Virus record (IMG/VR): IMGVR_UViG_3300045988_070924
Location: 40,150-104,149 of that record
Strand: one strand, 5' to 3'
Length of the DNA: 64,000 nucleotides
Source: a virus
Made by a program: the position numbers and the translations under genes. Shown here one piece after another: positions 8,588-17,922 of this stretch. The notes under the pieces were generated by a model, which ran no database searches, was not told where the DNA came from, and was given only the letters and a program-made list of their open reading frames with translations. The number at the start of each line of letters is the position of its first letter. The stretch's first letter is position 1.

Positions 8588-10720
8588 ATGGCTAAATGTA
8601 ATATTAAAAGAAGACATAGTAAAACACTTGACTTATCTCTACAAAGAAGAAATAAGCCAACTGTTGGTAACATATTTGATGGAGAACATAATTTTGGAGC
8701 TACCATTCAACCAATCAATAACTTTGTAAGTAACTTTGGAGATATAAGGAAACTTACTCCAAAACAAGCAAAGCAAGCTGGAATCACTCCTACTAGTACC
8801 CTTACTGCTCCTAGTTCACCTAGTTCAGGGTCTGGATTTGATGTCTCTAATTTTATGGGACAAGCAGGAAATGTAGTTGGAGGAATAACTTCAATTATAG
8901 ATTCTTCATTAAAGAATGCTCAAATTGCAGATACTACTGGAATAGAAAATAATATAAGAGATTTAAGAGATACTGATTTCTCAGAAGCTACTAACAGTGA
9001 TTCTCTTATAGATGCCTACAATAATCTTAATTTTCTTAAAGATGATTATTCTTGGAGAGATGTAAGAGGAGTATCTAATGGAGAATTAGTTGGAAATACT
9101 TTATCAGCTGTAGGTTCTGGAGCTATGGCTGGAGCTTCTGTTGGAGGTCCTTATGGAGCTATAGCAGGAGCTGCTATAGGATTAGGAGGAAGTCTTGCAG
9201 GAATATTTACAGGTAAAAAGAAGGCAAAGAAAAAAGCTAGATTCCTTAATCAAGCAGCAGAAGCTGCCAATGATTTAGCAATAGATAATTATGATTTCCA
9301 AGTGAATGATGTTATGCAGAATAATGCTAGAAATGCTATGCAATATGCTTATGCTGCTGAAGGAGGACCTATTAATATAAAAAAGAAGAATAGAGGAAAA
9401 TTCACAGAGTCTGCTAGTAGAGCAGGTATGGGAGTACAAGAATATGCAAGACATATATTAGCCAATAAAGATAAATATTCTTCTACTCTTGTAAAGAGAG
9501 CTAACTTTGCTAGAAATGCAGCTGGTTGGAAACATGCTTTAGGGGGATATATAAAAGATAGAGATAATATGTATGATAGTTTGTTAGAATCTCAAACACA
9601 TGGAGGAGACTTCAGTAATGGAGTTACCTTTATAAATAATGGGGGAACTCATGAACAAAATCCTTTTGAAGGTGTTCCTATGGGAGTAGCTCCAGATGGG
9701 CAACCTAATTTAGTAGAAGAAGGAGAAGTTTTATATAATGATTATGTATTTTCTAATAGACTTCATCCTACTGATAAAGAGCTAAAGGAATCTAATCTTC
9801 CTAAAAAATATAAAGGACATACCTTTGCTCTTATTGCAGAAGATATGAGTAAAGAATCAGCAGAAAGACCTAATGACCCTATAAGTAAAAGGGGACTTGA
9901 AGCTTCGTTAGGTAAGTTAGCTTCAATTCAAGAAGAACAAAGAATGAAGAAAGGAAAAATAGGTACTCAACAAATGATGGCATTTGGAGGTAGAAAGTTT
10001 GCAGGAACTAAAGATACTTATTCAAGATATGCTCCAGCAGCAGGTTCTGCAATAGGAGCAGTTCAAAGTGTATTCCAAAAACCTGATTATACTAATTCAG
10101 ATTTAATTCTTGATGTTGTTAATAATTTATCAAGAAATAAAGTTTCTCCAACATTGTTGGGCAATTATTTGAGGTATAATCCTATTAATAGAAATTATTA
10201 TTTAAATCAACTTCAAGGACAAGCAGGAGCTACAAGAAGAGCAGTTATGAATTCCGGGCTTAATTCTGGCCAAAGAATAGCTGGCTTACTTGCAGCAGAC
10301 TACAATGCTCAACAAGGAATTGCAGATACTTTACTTAAAGCTGATATGTATAATGAGCAACTTAGGCAAAATGCAGCACAGTTTAATAGAGGAACTGACC
10401 AATATAACTCTGGAGCACTTATGCAGGCTGCTGCACAAAATGCGCAATTAGCTCAAGCAAGAGATAATATGAGATTATCAGGAACAACTACAGCAGCTAA
10501 TATGAGAGAATTGGCAGATACTGCATTAGCTACTTCAAGAAGTGCCAATCTTACAAACTTCTTTGATAACTTAGGTTCAATAGGAAGAGAAAATAGAGAT
10601 GCTAATATGCTTCAAGCAATGATAGATTCTGATTTATTTGGAACTCTCAGTGAGCCTATGAAGAGAGGCTGGAATAAGAATGGAGGAATGCTAACTAAAA
10701 GAAGTAGGAGGAGAAAATAA
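8588..10720 (+). CDS. virion internal/ejection-type protein with a glycine-zipper segment
   Basis: The ORF track starts at a TTG (8540). The first ATG (MAKCNIKRRH) at 8588, downstream of the promoter box, is the more likely start. It contains GSGAMAGASVGGPYGAIAGAAIGLGGSLAGIFTG followed by KKKAKKKA (~9112-9240) and a Q/N/A-rich C-terminal half. Confidence 0.55.
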   Translation: MAKCNIKRRHSKTLDLSLQRRNKPTVGNIFDGEHNFGATIQPINNFVSNFGDIRKLTPKQAKQAGITPTSTLTAPSSPSSGSGFDVSNFMGQAGNVVGGITSIIDSSLKNAQIADTTGIENNIRDLRDTDFSEATNSDSLIDAYNNLNFLKDDYSWRDVRGVSNGELVGNTLSAVGSGAMAGASVGGPYGAIAGAAIGLGGSLAGIFTGKKKAKKKARFLNQAAEAANDLAIDNYDFQVNDVMQNNARNAMQYAYAAEGGPINIKKKNRGKFTESASRAGMGVQEYARHILANKDKYSSTLVKRANFARNAAGWKHALGGYIKDRDNMYDSLLESQTHGGDFSNGVTFINNGGTHEQNPFEGVPMGVAPDGQPNLVEEGEVLYNDYVFSNRLHPTDKELKESNLPKKYKGHTFALIAEDMSKESAERPNDPISKRGLEASLGKLASIQEEQRMKKGKIGTQQMMAFGGRKFAGTKDTYSRYAPAAGSAIGAVQSVFQKPDYTNSDLILDVVNNLSRNKVSPTLLGNYLRYNPINRNYYLNQLQGQAGATRRAVMNSGLNSGQRIAGLLAADYNAQQGIADTLLKADMYNEQLRQNAAQFNRGTDQYNSGALMQAAAQNAQLAQARDNMRLSGTTTAANMRELADTALATSRSANLTNFFDNLGSIGRENRDANMLQAMIDSDLFGTLSEPMKRGWNKNGGMLTKRSRRRK

Positions 10721-12552
10721 TGGCTACAGCATATACAACAATAGGAAGTAAATTTCAACCATATACTCTTGCTGAAATGCTTGTACCTTATCAAATGTAT
10801 AAGCAGGAATTTGATAAGAGAGAAGAACTTTATAATACATATGCAGAGAATGCAGGACTAATAGGCTCTCAACTAGATGACACTCTTGATAAAGATTTAA
10901 TGGACACTGTATATAATCCTTATATGCAGGAATTAAATTCAGCAGCTGCAACTCTTTCTTCTAAAGGATTGTCTTCTGAAAATAGGAAGACTCTACAGAA
11001 TCTTAGAAGAAGGTTCGGTTCTGATATAGCTCCAATTAAAGTAGCTACAGAAGCTAGAGCTGAAGCTAGGAAAAACTGGGATAAATTATCTAGTCAAGAT
11101 AGAACTCTCATGACTAATGCTAATCCTTATTATCAGGCAGTTTCAAACTATATGAATGGTAAATCTCCAGAGACTTATTATGTAAGTGGGAATGAGCTTT
11201 ATGGTAGAGGCAAAGCACTTGCAGAAGCTTTCTCTAGAACACTTAGAGATGTTCCAGAAGGAGAAGCTTTAGCTAGTACTTTAGGAGGACAGTATTATAG
11301 AATTACTAAACAATATGGTCCTGATTCTAAACAAATGCAGGACTTTATGAATGATGTGGCAGATAGTATTCCTGAATTAAGAAGTCAAATTGAAGATATT
11401 CTTAATAATACAGATATTGGTAAACAGGGATTTACACAAGAAGATAGAAATAAAGCAGAACAGTATATTATAGAAGGGATGAAAGCAGGTCTTTCGGGTA
11501 AAACTGATGTCCAATACTTAGAGAATAAAAATTTCATTGACCCTTATAAGAGATGGCAAATGAATAAAGGAAGTGACGATACTACTCCTGAATCTCCTTT
11601 ATTCTATGATTTTGTAGGGACAGAAATTACTCCAGATGAAGATGTTAATCTTAAACAGATGAATGCTGTTCTTAACAATCTTAGAGCATATAAAGAAGCA
11701 ACAGATAAGGGCGAAACAATTTCACCATATACTACTAGAATGGGTTATGCTAATAAAGTGTTAGATGACCAATCTAAAAAAATCGAAGAGTATATTCAAA
11801 ATAGACAGAAGGAAAATCCAAATTGGAATCCAGATACTGATTTAGGACTTATAAATCTTAATAGGGAACTTACTAGAACTCTGGATGCATATGCTAGAGT
11901 GGGAGCATCTGTTCCTCAAAGAAATAAAGAGTATAGAACTGAAAATCCAATTTATGCAGATTATTCTAAACTGTCAAAACAATTTGGCACAGATGATATC
12001 AATGCTCTTATAAAAAATCAGCAGACGGCAATATTACATGCTACCAATATAAATAAATATGCTAAATTTAAAAATACCCAATCTAGTCTTGCTATGAGAG
12101 ATTTAAGAACAAATCTCATGTCAGGAATTACAGATAGGTCTGATAGTAGACAGGTTAAAAAGATGATACATAAGTTAGGAAATCCAAAAGATGTTCCTAA
12201 TGAGGAAACTTTAAAGAAAATTTTTGAAGATTCTTCTGCAACTATACAATTTAATCCTTATACTGGAAAGGCTATTATAGAAGGTAAAGAAGGTAGCTAT
12301 GAAATTAATAAAGAGGCAGCTTTCCATAATATATATGTTCCAACTCCTTTTGGTATAATGAGTGGTGATGAAATACTGGATGAAATTACAACATTTGCAC
12401 AACAGCAGTATGACAGCAATAATAAAGATGCAAAGGCAGTTATGGATGTAATGTTGAACTCATTCTTTGGAGCATTAAATAATTCTTATAATGGTGGAGC
12501 ACCAGAAGCTTCTAAAACTAATAGTAAAGCTTCAACATTTCCTATAGAATAA
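10720..12552 (+). CDS. hypothetical virion protein (610 aa)
   Basis: Intact ORF whose start overlaps the previous stop (TAATG). No motif recognised. Confidence 0.6.
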   Translation: MATAYTTIGSKFQPYTLAEMLVPYQMYKQEFDKREELYNTYAENAGLIGSQLDDTLDKDLMDTVYNPYMQELNSAAATLSSKGLSSENRKTLQNLRRRFGSDIAPIKVATEARAEARKNWDKLSSQDRTLMTNANPYYQAVSNYMNGKSPETYYVSGNELYGRGKALAEAFSRTLRDVPEGEALASTLGGQYYRITKQYGPDSKQMQDFMNDVADSIPELRSQIEDILNNTDIGKQGFTQEDRNKAEQYIIEGMKAGLSGKTDVQYLENKNFIDPYKRWQMNKGSDDTTPESPLFYDFVGTEITPDEDVNLKQMNAVLNNLRAYKEATDKGETISPYTTRMGYANKVLDDQSKKIEEYIQNRQKENPNWNPDTDLGLINLNRELTRTLDAYARVGASVPQRNKEYRTENPIYADYSKLSKQFGTDDINALIKNQQTAILHATNINKYAKFKNTQSSLAMRDLRTNLMSGITDRSDSRQVKKMIHKLGNPKDVPNEETLKKIFEDSSATIQFNPYTGKAIIEGKEGSYEINKEAAFHNIYVPTPFGIMSGDEILDEITTFAQQQYDSNNKDAKAVMDVMLNSFFGALNNSYNGGAPEASKTNSKASTFPIE

Positions 12553-12563
12553 ATCAATGAATT

Positions 12564-15500
12564 ATGGGAGAGAATGAAATAAAAGACCCAAGAGAAATAG
12601 GAGTATCTGGACTTAGAGGATTAAATGCCAGAACTTCAAATGATAGAGACTATATAGCAGCATATAAAAATTTTACCCTACCTAATTGGAAGGATAATTC
12701 TACAAGAAGACAGGGCTTAATAGATAGCGGTCCTATAGAAAGTGTTGGAGTAGAAGGATTTGGAGAAAGTAGGTATGATAAAAAAATGAGTCAGCTAAGT
12801 GAGCTCAAAGATTTAAATGAATCAAGAGCTAATATACAACCTTGGTATGACCAAATAGGAGCAGGTATACTTAAAGGAGGAGTACTTGCTGCTACTACTT
12901 TTGCTGACGGTGTTGCTGGTACTATAATAGGAGCTATGAACGCTTTTTCTAATGCTGATAAAATTGCAGAAAGTGACAACCCTTGGAGGGAATTAGGCAA
13001 CCAATTTATTAATAATCCTTTCAGTACATATATGCAGGATATTAATGAAAAAGTAGAGTCAGTGCTCCCTAATTATTATACCAGGGCAGAACAAGAAGAC
13101 CCTTGGTGGGAACATATATTTTCTGCAAATTTCATTGGAGATAAGTTTTTAAAGAACCTTGGATTTACTGTGGGTGCTGCACTTTCTGGTAAAGTAAGTG
13201 CTGGTGCTATATCTAAAACTATGGGACTTAAAGGTGTAAGAGATGCCTTCAAAGGAGCTGTTACTACAGCTTCTGGAAGGACTCTTAATACAGCTTCTGA
13301 AATAGCAAAAGCCTATAAGACGGGAGATGCCTTTATGGATGGAGTAAAACTAACAGAAGATTTAGGCAAAGCAGCCAAACAACTAAAGAATGCAGAATGG
13401 ACTCTTAAAACTATTGGTGCAGTAAGTGCTGCAATGGGAGAGGGCAGAATAGAAGCTATAACTAATAGTAAAGAGTGGTCATCATATCATGAGCAGTTAT
13501 TAAAGGATAAACATCAACAAGATGTAGATAGTATTGAAGGACAGTTATTTGAAGAGCATCCTGAATGGTTTACAAATGGGCAAATTACAAATCTTGATGG
13601 TATAAAAGAATGGAATAAAAGGAAGGAAGGGATTGATGATAAATATAATGAATCTCTTGCAAAACTTGCTGAGTATAGAGCAGATATGGCTAATGCCGAC
13701 TTTGGGCTTAATGTAATCATGCTTTCTGCATCTAATCTGTGGCAATATGGAAGGTTCTTATCTGGAGGATATAATACAGGAAGGCTTGCTAATGGATTAA
13801 TTAAAGGAAGTCTTAAAGAAGGATTTAAGAAATCTAAGGGAGCAGTTGTAAAACAATATGCTAGAGCATTATCAAATCCACTTGCAGAGGCAAATGAAGA
13901 AATGATGCAATCTTGGTTTTCTGAAGGTACTGGATTACAGCAGGCTTCTAAACTTAATAGTTTTTATGGAGCTAAAGTAGACCCAGAGGCTGAGGAAGAG
14001 ACTGCTGGATTTCTTAATTCTATGCTTACTGGATTTTCTAATATTTATGGCAATGCAAAAAGTTGGGAAGAAGGTTTTATAGGAGGACTTACAGGACTTT
14101 TAGGAATTCCATCTATATCTAGAACAACTACAGAAGGAGGTAAAAAGAAGCTCAAATTATCCCTTAAAGGAGAGCTTTGGGAAGGATTGGCAGATGCTAA
14201 TAAAGATAAAAAAGAAGCATATTCTCTTGTAGATGCTCTTAATACCAGAGTAAAAGACCCAGAATTTATCAATTATTATCAAGGATTTATAAGGCATCAG
14301 AAGTATCAAAATGATATGGAAGCTGCTTTAAAAGAAGGTAAACCTTTTGACTATAAGAATGCAGAACATTCTCAATTTATCTCTGATGCTATAATGTTTG
14401 AAAAGGCTGGAAGATTGCAGGACTTATATGACATTATAGAGGAGGCAGGAAATGTAACTCAGGATGATATAAATGATATAAGAAACCTTACAGTTGATAA
14501 GAATACAGGGAAGTCAATCTTTGAAGGTAAATCAGACCAGGAAGTAATTAACCATGTTAATAAGCAGGTCAGGGATATAAAGACCAAACTTCAGAAGTAT
14601 TCTGAAATCTCTGCTAATCTTAAGACACTCTATGGAGAAGATATGGCTGATGACTATCTTGAGGAGATGACTTGGATGATGACTCAAATTGATGATTGGG
14701 AATCAAGATTCAAGTCTCTTTTTGAAGAAGTAAAGAAGGGGGCTTCTCAGGTTATCGGGGATAGAGATAAAAGGTTCTTTGGAAGAAATGCAAACAGGAA
14801 GATAGGAGAATTGACTGATATTACAGCTGAATCTTTGCTGAATACTCTTAATAGAAAGGAAGTCAGGGATATTCTATCTGATGAGAAAATTCTTGCTGAT
14901 AAAGATAAGGACAAATCACTAAGGAACATGAAACTTTTCAAGGACTTATCTGATATGCTTAAAATATATGAAGCAAGAAATAAGTTCATTGATAAGTATA
15001 CTGCACTTTCAAAGAATCCGGAGCTCTTCTCACAGCAGGTACAGGATTCTATAAAGGCTGTTAAGGAGGATAACGTAAAGAGGGTTCTTGATGAAGCCAA
15101 ACTTAAAGCAGACTCAGCAACTTCAGTTAATGACCTTAGGGAAATATTCTCTAATTATCCTGAGCAAAAGAAGGATATAATAGAGTCATTGAAGAATAGT
15201 GATAATGATACTCTCAAGAAGCTGGCAGAGGCTTATGAAGACCTTGATGAGTCTTCTGCTATATTCACAGATATTCTGTCTGCTACAGAGCCTTCTCCTG
15301 AAGTAATATCAGCTAAGAACATCATACAGGATGCTCTTAAAAATGCTGAATCACTTGATGATATACTTACTACTCTTGACCAAGCACAGGACTCTTCTAT
15401 ACCAGAAGAAGTAAAGACTACTCTTCAGGAGATAGTTGATAAGTTCATAGAGCAGAAGAAGTCAGGGAAAACTTCAAGAAAGGACACAAAGAAATCAAAG

Positions 15501-17864
15501 AATAAGCCTAAGAAAGCTGGAAAGAAAGGGTTCTTTGATATGTTGTCTGATTCTCCAGATGTTAAGGATGCTCTATCTGAGGAAGAAGCTGAAGGTGAGG
15601 AGGAAGATAAAGAAAAACCTTCTAAGGAAGAACCTCCTCATGTTCCTTCTGAACCTGTTGAGGGTAGGGTAGAACCAGAAAGCCTTGAAGAAAAGAGTCA
15701 GGATGAACTTGTAGATATAGCCAAGAAGGGTGATAATTCTCTTTCAAAGGAAGATGATACTGCTCTAAGAAGACTTGCTGCAAAGATACATAACAACAGA
15801 CTTCTTCCTGCTGCTGGTGAGGAGAGTAATGTGGAAGTTGAAGATAATGCATCTCCTGAAGATAATGGTATTACACAGGGACTTAGAAGCTGGGTTGAGA
15901 CTGAGTATGAATTTAATCCTCTTAAGAACAGAAAAGAGAGAAAGGCTGTATTAAGGAATAATCCAATAGTAAATGCCTTACAGGAATTAGGAGCTTTTCA
16001 GTATGTGGATGAAGGCTATCTTGCAGATAGAGTTGATGCAAATGAAGATTTGCCAATACATCTTATCATATCTTCAGATAGCAGACTTAACAGTCATATA
16101 CTGCTTGCTGTAGAAATAGGAGAAAAAGACAAATCTCTGAATCCAGTAGAAGGAAATGATGGAAAGAGGTATCAAGTAGTAGGAGTCCTTGGTTTCAATA
16201 AGAATAATAAGGAGTCCATAAAGAACTACAATGATATAGTGGATGCAGTAAATGATGAGTATTCTGATTCTGAAAGTAATAAAGGAAGTGTATTTGTTTC
16301 ATCCTATTATACTAAGGTAACCCACATATATAGTGGAAGAATGGTCAAGTCTACAGAAGACTCACCAGTTGAGAGTAAAGACCTCACAAAGGAATTTCTT
16401 AGGGGAAGACCTCTTAGGATTGGTATCTATTACAACAGTACAAGATTTGAAACTCCAGGTCTTGATAATGTTGAAATAGTCCCACTCAATACTAATAATC
16501 AGAATCCAAGGGCTGGTTCTATATGGCTCATGACCAAGGAAGCTGATGGAAGATGGTATCCTAAACATCTAAGGGCAAAGAGGTTCACAGAAACTGAATA
16601 TCCACTTGATACATGGGGGGACTCTCCAATAGTTGAAAGGATAGGAAGGGATGCCGCAGTCCTTGTAAGTCCAGAAAGCACTCAATATCAGAAGTCTCTT
16701 GCCAAGTATGACCTTAAGGAAGTTCTACATTTCCCAGAAGGGATTGATATAGCCTTCTCAAAGAAGGGAAATATTATATCTATACCAGGAATTATAGAGA
16801 ATATAACTGGGGGAGCAACCTCTTTGGATGAAGCAGTAGTACTTCTGGCTCAGGCACTCCAAAGTGATGAACTTGGATTAAGGTTCAATGTAGTTACTTC
16901 AGAACTTACTGACCCTCAGTATCAGGAGGATATACTCAAGTCTGGCATACTTACCACTGATTTATATCAGCCTGGTAATGTTAATGCAAGTTTTGATATT
17001 GCACCAGTTAATTCAGAAGGTAAGCCATCTGTTGAAGGAGGTGAGATTGCTCTTAAAGGTCATACTGGAAAGAGGGGAATACAGAATGTTCTTAATAGAA
17101 CCACATTGACTCTTAACAGCAAGAGTTATAGCATAGATTCAGAAGGTAATATCTATGATGATAAGGGGGAGGCAGTTTCAAATCAGAATAGTATAGATGA
17201 ACTCACCTTACTTTCCAAGATAAACCAAGGCTTGATAAATCCAGTTTCAGGTAGTAAGAGACTTTACTTAGGAGTTTATACCAATGATGGTACAGAGTTT
17301 GGTATAGTCAATGGAGTTGTCAAGACAGGAAACTCTCTGAAGGAACTTAAGAGTAAAGCAGAAAAGCTTCATAAGAAAGAACTTCAGAACAGGAAAGTAG
17401 GGGAAACTGCACTTGGAATGGAAGCTGCTGAAGGTGCTAATCTTTCATATCTTGAATCTCAGTATGGAGTTTCTGACAAAGTTCCAAAGCAGGAAACAGC
17501 AAAGGAAGAACCAGCAGATTCTGAAGATGGAATCTCAATGGAGACTATATCTGATGAACTTGCTATGGCTATCCTTGGAGGAGAAGAAGCTTCAAAGCCA
17601 GTAAAGAAAGCACCAGAAACCAAAGTATCAAAACCTACATTTACTCTTACTGAATCCTTCACTCCAATATCTGATGAAACCAAATTACAGATTTCATCTT
17701 ATATAAGAGGAAATAGGGGAGTTCTCAGAGAGCTTGGATTTAAGAATGTTGAAGAGTTTATGGACTTCATAAGAAATCCAGAGAATAATCTTCCAAGTCC
17801 TGAGACTATAACCTCAGTAGAAGCATTCAACAGTCTTATTGACACTATAAAGAATTGTAGATAG
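12564..17864 (+). CDS. giant virion (cargo/ejection-type) protein (1766 aa)
   Basis: Uninterrupted 5.3-kb ORF. It has an N-terminal hydrophobic Gly/Ala-rich stretch (GAGILKGGVLAATTFADGVAGTIIGAM), long coiled-coil-like K/E-rich regions, and a charged low-complexity linker (~15460-15720). Confidence 0.6.
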   Translation: MGENEIKDPREIGVSGLRGLNARTSNDRDYIAAYKNFTLPNWKDNSTRRQGLIDSGPIESVGVEGFGESRYDKKMSQLSELKDLNESRANIQPWYDQIGAGILKGGVLAATTFADGVAGTIIGAMNAFSNADKIAESDNPWRELGNQFINNPFSTYMQDINEKVESVLPNYYTRAEQEDPWWEHIFSANFIGDKFLKNLGFTVGAALSGKVSAGAISKTMGLKGVRDAFKGAVTTASGRTLNTASEIAKAYKTGDAFMDGVKLTEDLGKAAKQLKNAEWTLKTIGAVSAAMGEGRIEAITNSKEWSSYHEQLLKDKHQQDVDSIEGQLFEEHPEWFTNGQITNLDGIKEWNKRKEGIDDKYNESLAKLAEYRADMANADFGLNVIMLSASNLWQYGRFLSGGYNTGRLANGLIKGSLKEGFKKSKGAVVKQYARALSNPLAEANEEMMQSWFSEGTGLQQASKLNSFYGAKVDPEAEEETAGFLNSMLTGFSNIYGNAKSWEEGFIGGLTGLLGIPSISRTTTEGGKKKLKLSLKGELWEGLADANKDKKEAYSLVDALNTRVKDPEFINYYQGFIRHQKYQNDMEAALKEGKPFDYKNAEHSQFISDAIMFEKAGRLQDLYDIIEEAGNVTQDDINDIRNLTVDKNTGKSIFEGKSDQEVINHVNKQVRDIKTKLQKYSEISANLKTLYGEDMADDYLEEMTWMMTQIDDWESRFKSLFEEVKKGASQVIGDRDKRFFGRNANRKIGELTDITAESLLNTLNRKEVRDILSDEKILADKDKDKSLRNMKLFKDLSDMLKIYEARNKFIDKYTALSKNPELFSQQVQDSIKAVKEDNVKRVLDEAKLKADSATSVNDLREIFSNYPEQKKDIIESLKNSDNDTLKKLAEAYEDLDESSAIFTDILSATEPSPEVISAKNIIQDALKNAESLDDILTTLDQAQDSSIPEEVKTTLQEIVDKFIEQKKSGKTSRKDTKKSKNKPKKAGKKGFFDMLSDSPDVKDALSEEEAEGEEEDKEKPSKEEPPHVPSEPVEGRVEPESLEEKSQDELVDIAKKGDNSLSKEDDTALRRLAAKIHNNRLLPAAGEESNVEVEDNASPEDNGITQGLRSWVETEYEFNPLKNRKERKAVLRNNPIVNALQELGAFQYVDEGYLADRVDANEDLPIHLIISSDSRLNSHILLAVEIGEKDKSLNPVEGNDGKRYQVVGVLGFNKNNKESIKNYNDIVDAVNDEYSDSESNKGSVFVSSYYTKVTHIYSGRMVKSTEDSPVESKDLTKEFLRGRPLRIGIYYNSTRFETPGLDNVEIVPLNTNNQNPRAGSIWLMTKEADGRWYPKHLRAKRFTETEYPLDTWGDSPIVERIGRDAAVLVSPESTQYQKSLAKYDLKEVLHFPEGIDIAFSKKGNIISIPGIIENITGGATSLDEAVVLLAQALQSDELGLRFNVVTSELTDPQYQEDILKSGILTTDLYQPGNVNASFDIAPVNSEGKPSVEGGEIALKGHTGKRGIQNVLNRTTLTLNSKSYSIDSEGNIYDDKGEAVSNQNSIDELTLLSKINQGLINPVSGSKRLYLGVYTNDGTEFGIVNGVVKTGNSLKELKSKAEKLHKKELQNRKVGETALGMEAAEGANLSYLESQYGVSDKVPKQETAKEEPADSEDGISMETISDELAMAILGGEEASKPVKKAPETKVSKPTFTLTESFTPISDETKLQISSYIRGNRGVLRELGFKNVEEFMDFIRNPENNLPSPETITSVEAFNSLIDTIKNCR

Positions 17865-17878
17865 AGATACTACAAAAG

Positions 17879-17922
17879 AAAAAAAAAGAGGAAGTAGAAT
17901 AACTACTCCCTCTTTTTTTTTT
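17879..17922. terminator. bidirectional rho-independent terminator at the convergence of the + and - gene blocks
   Basis: AGAGGAAGTAG (17887-17897) pairs with CTACTCCCTCT (17903-17913) at 10 of 11 positions across a 5-nt loop. An A9 run lies upstream and a T10 run downstream, so both strands read stem plus U-tract. Confidence 0.8.
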
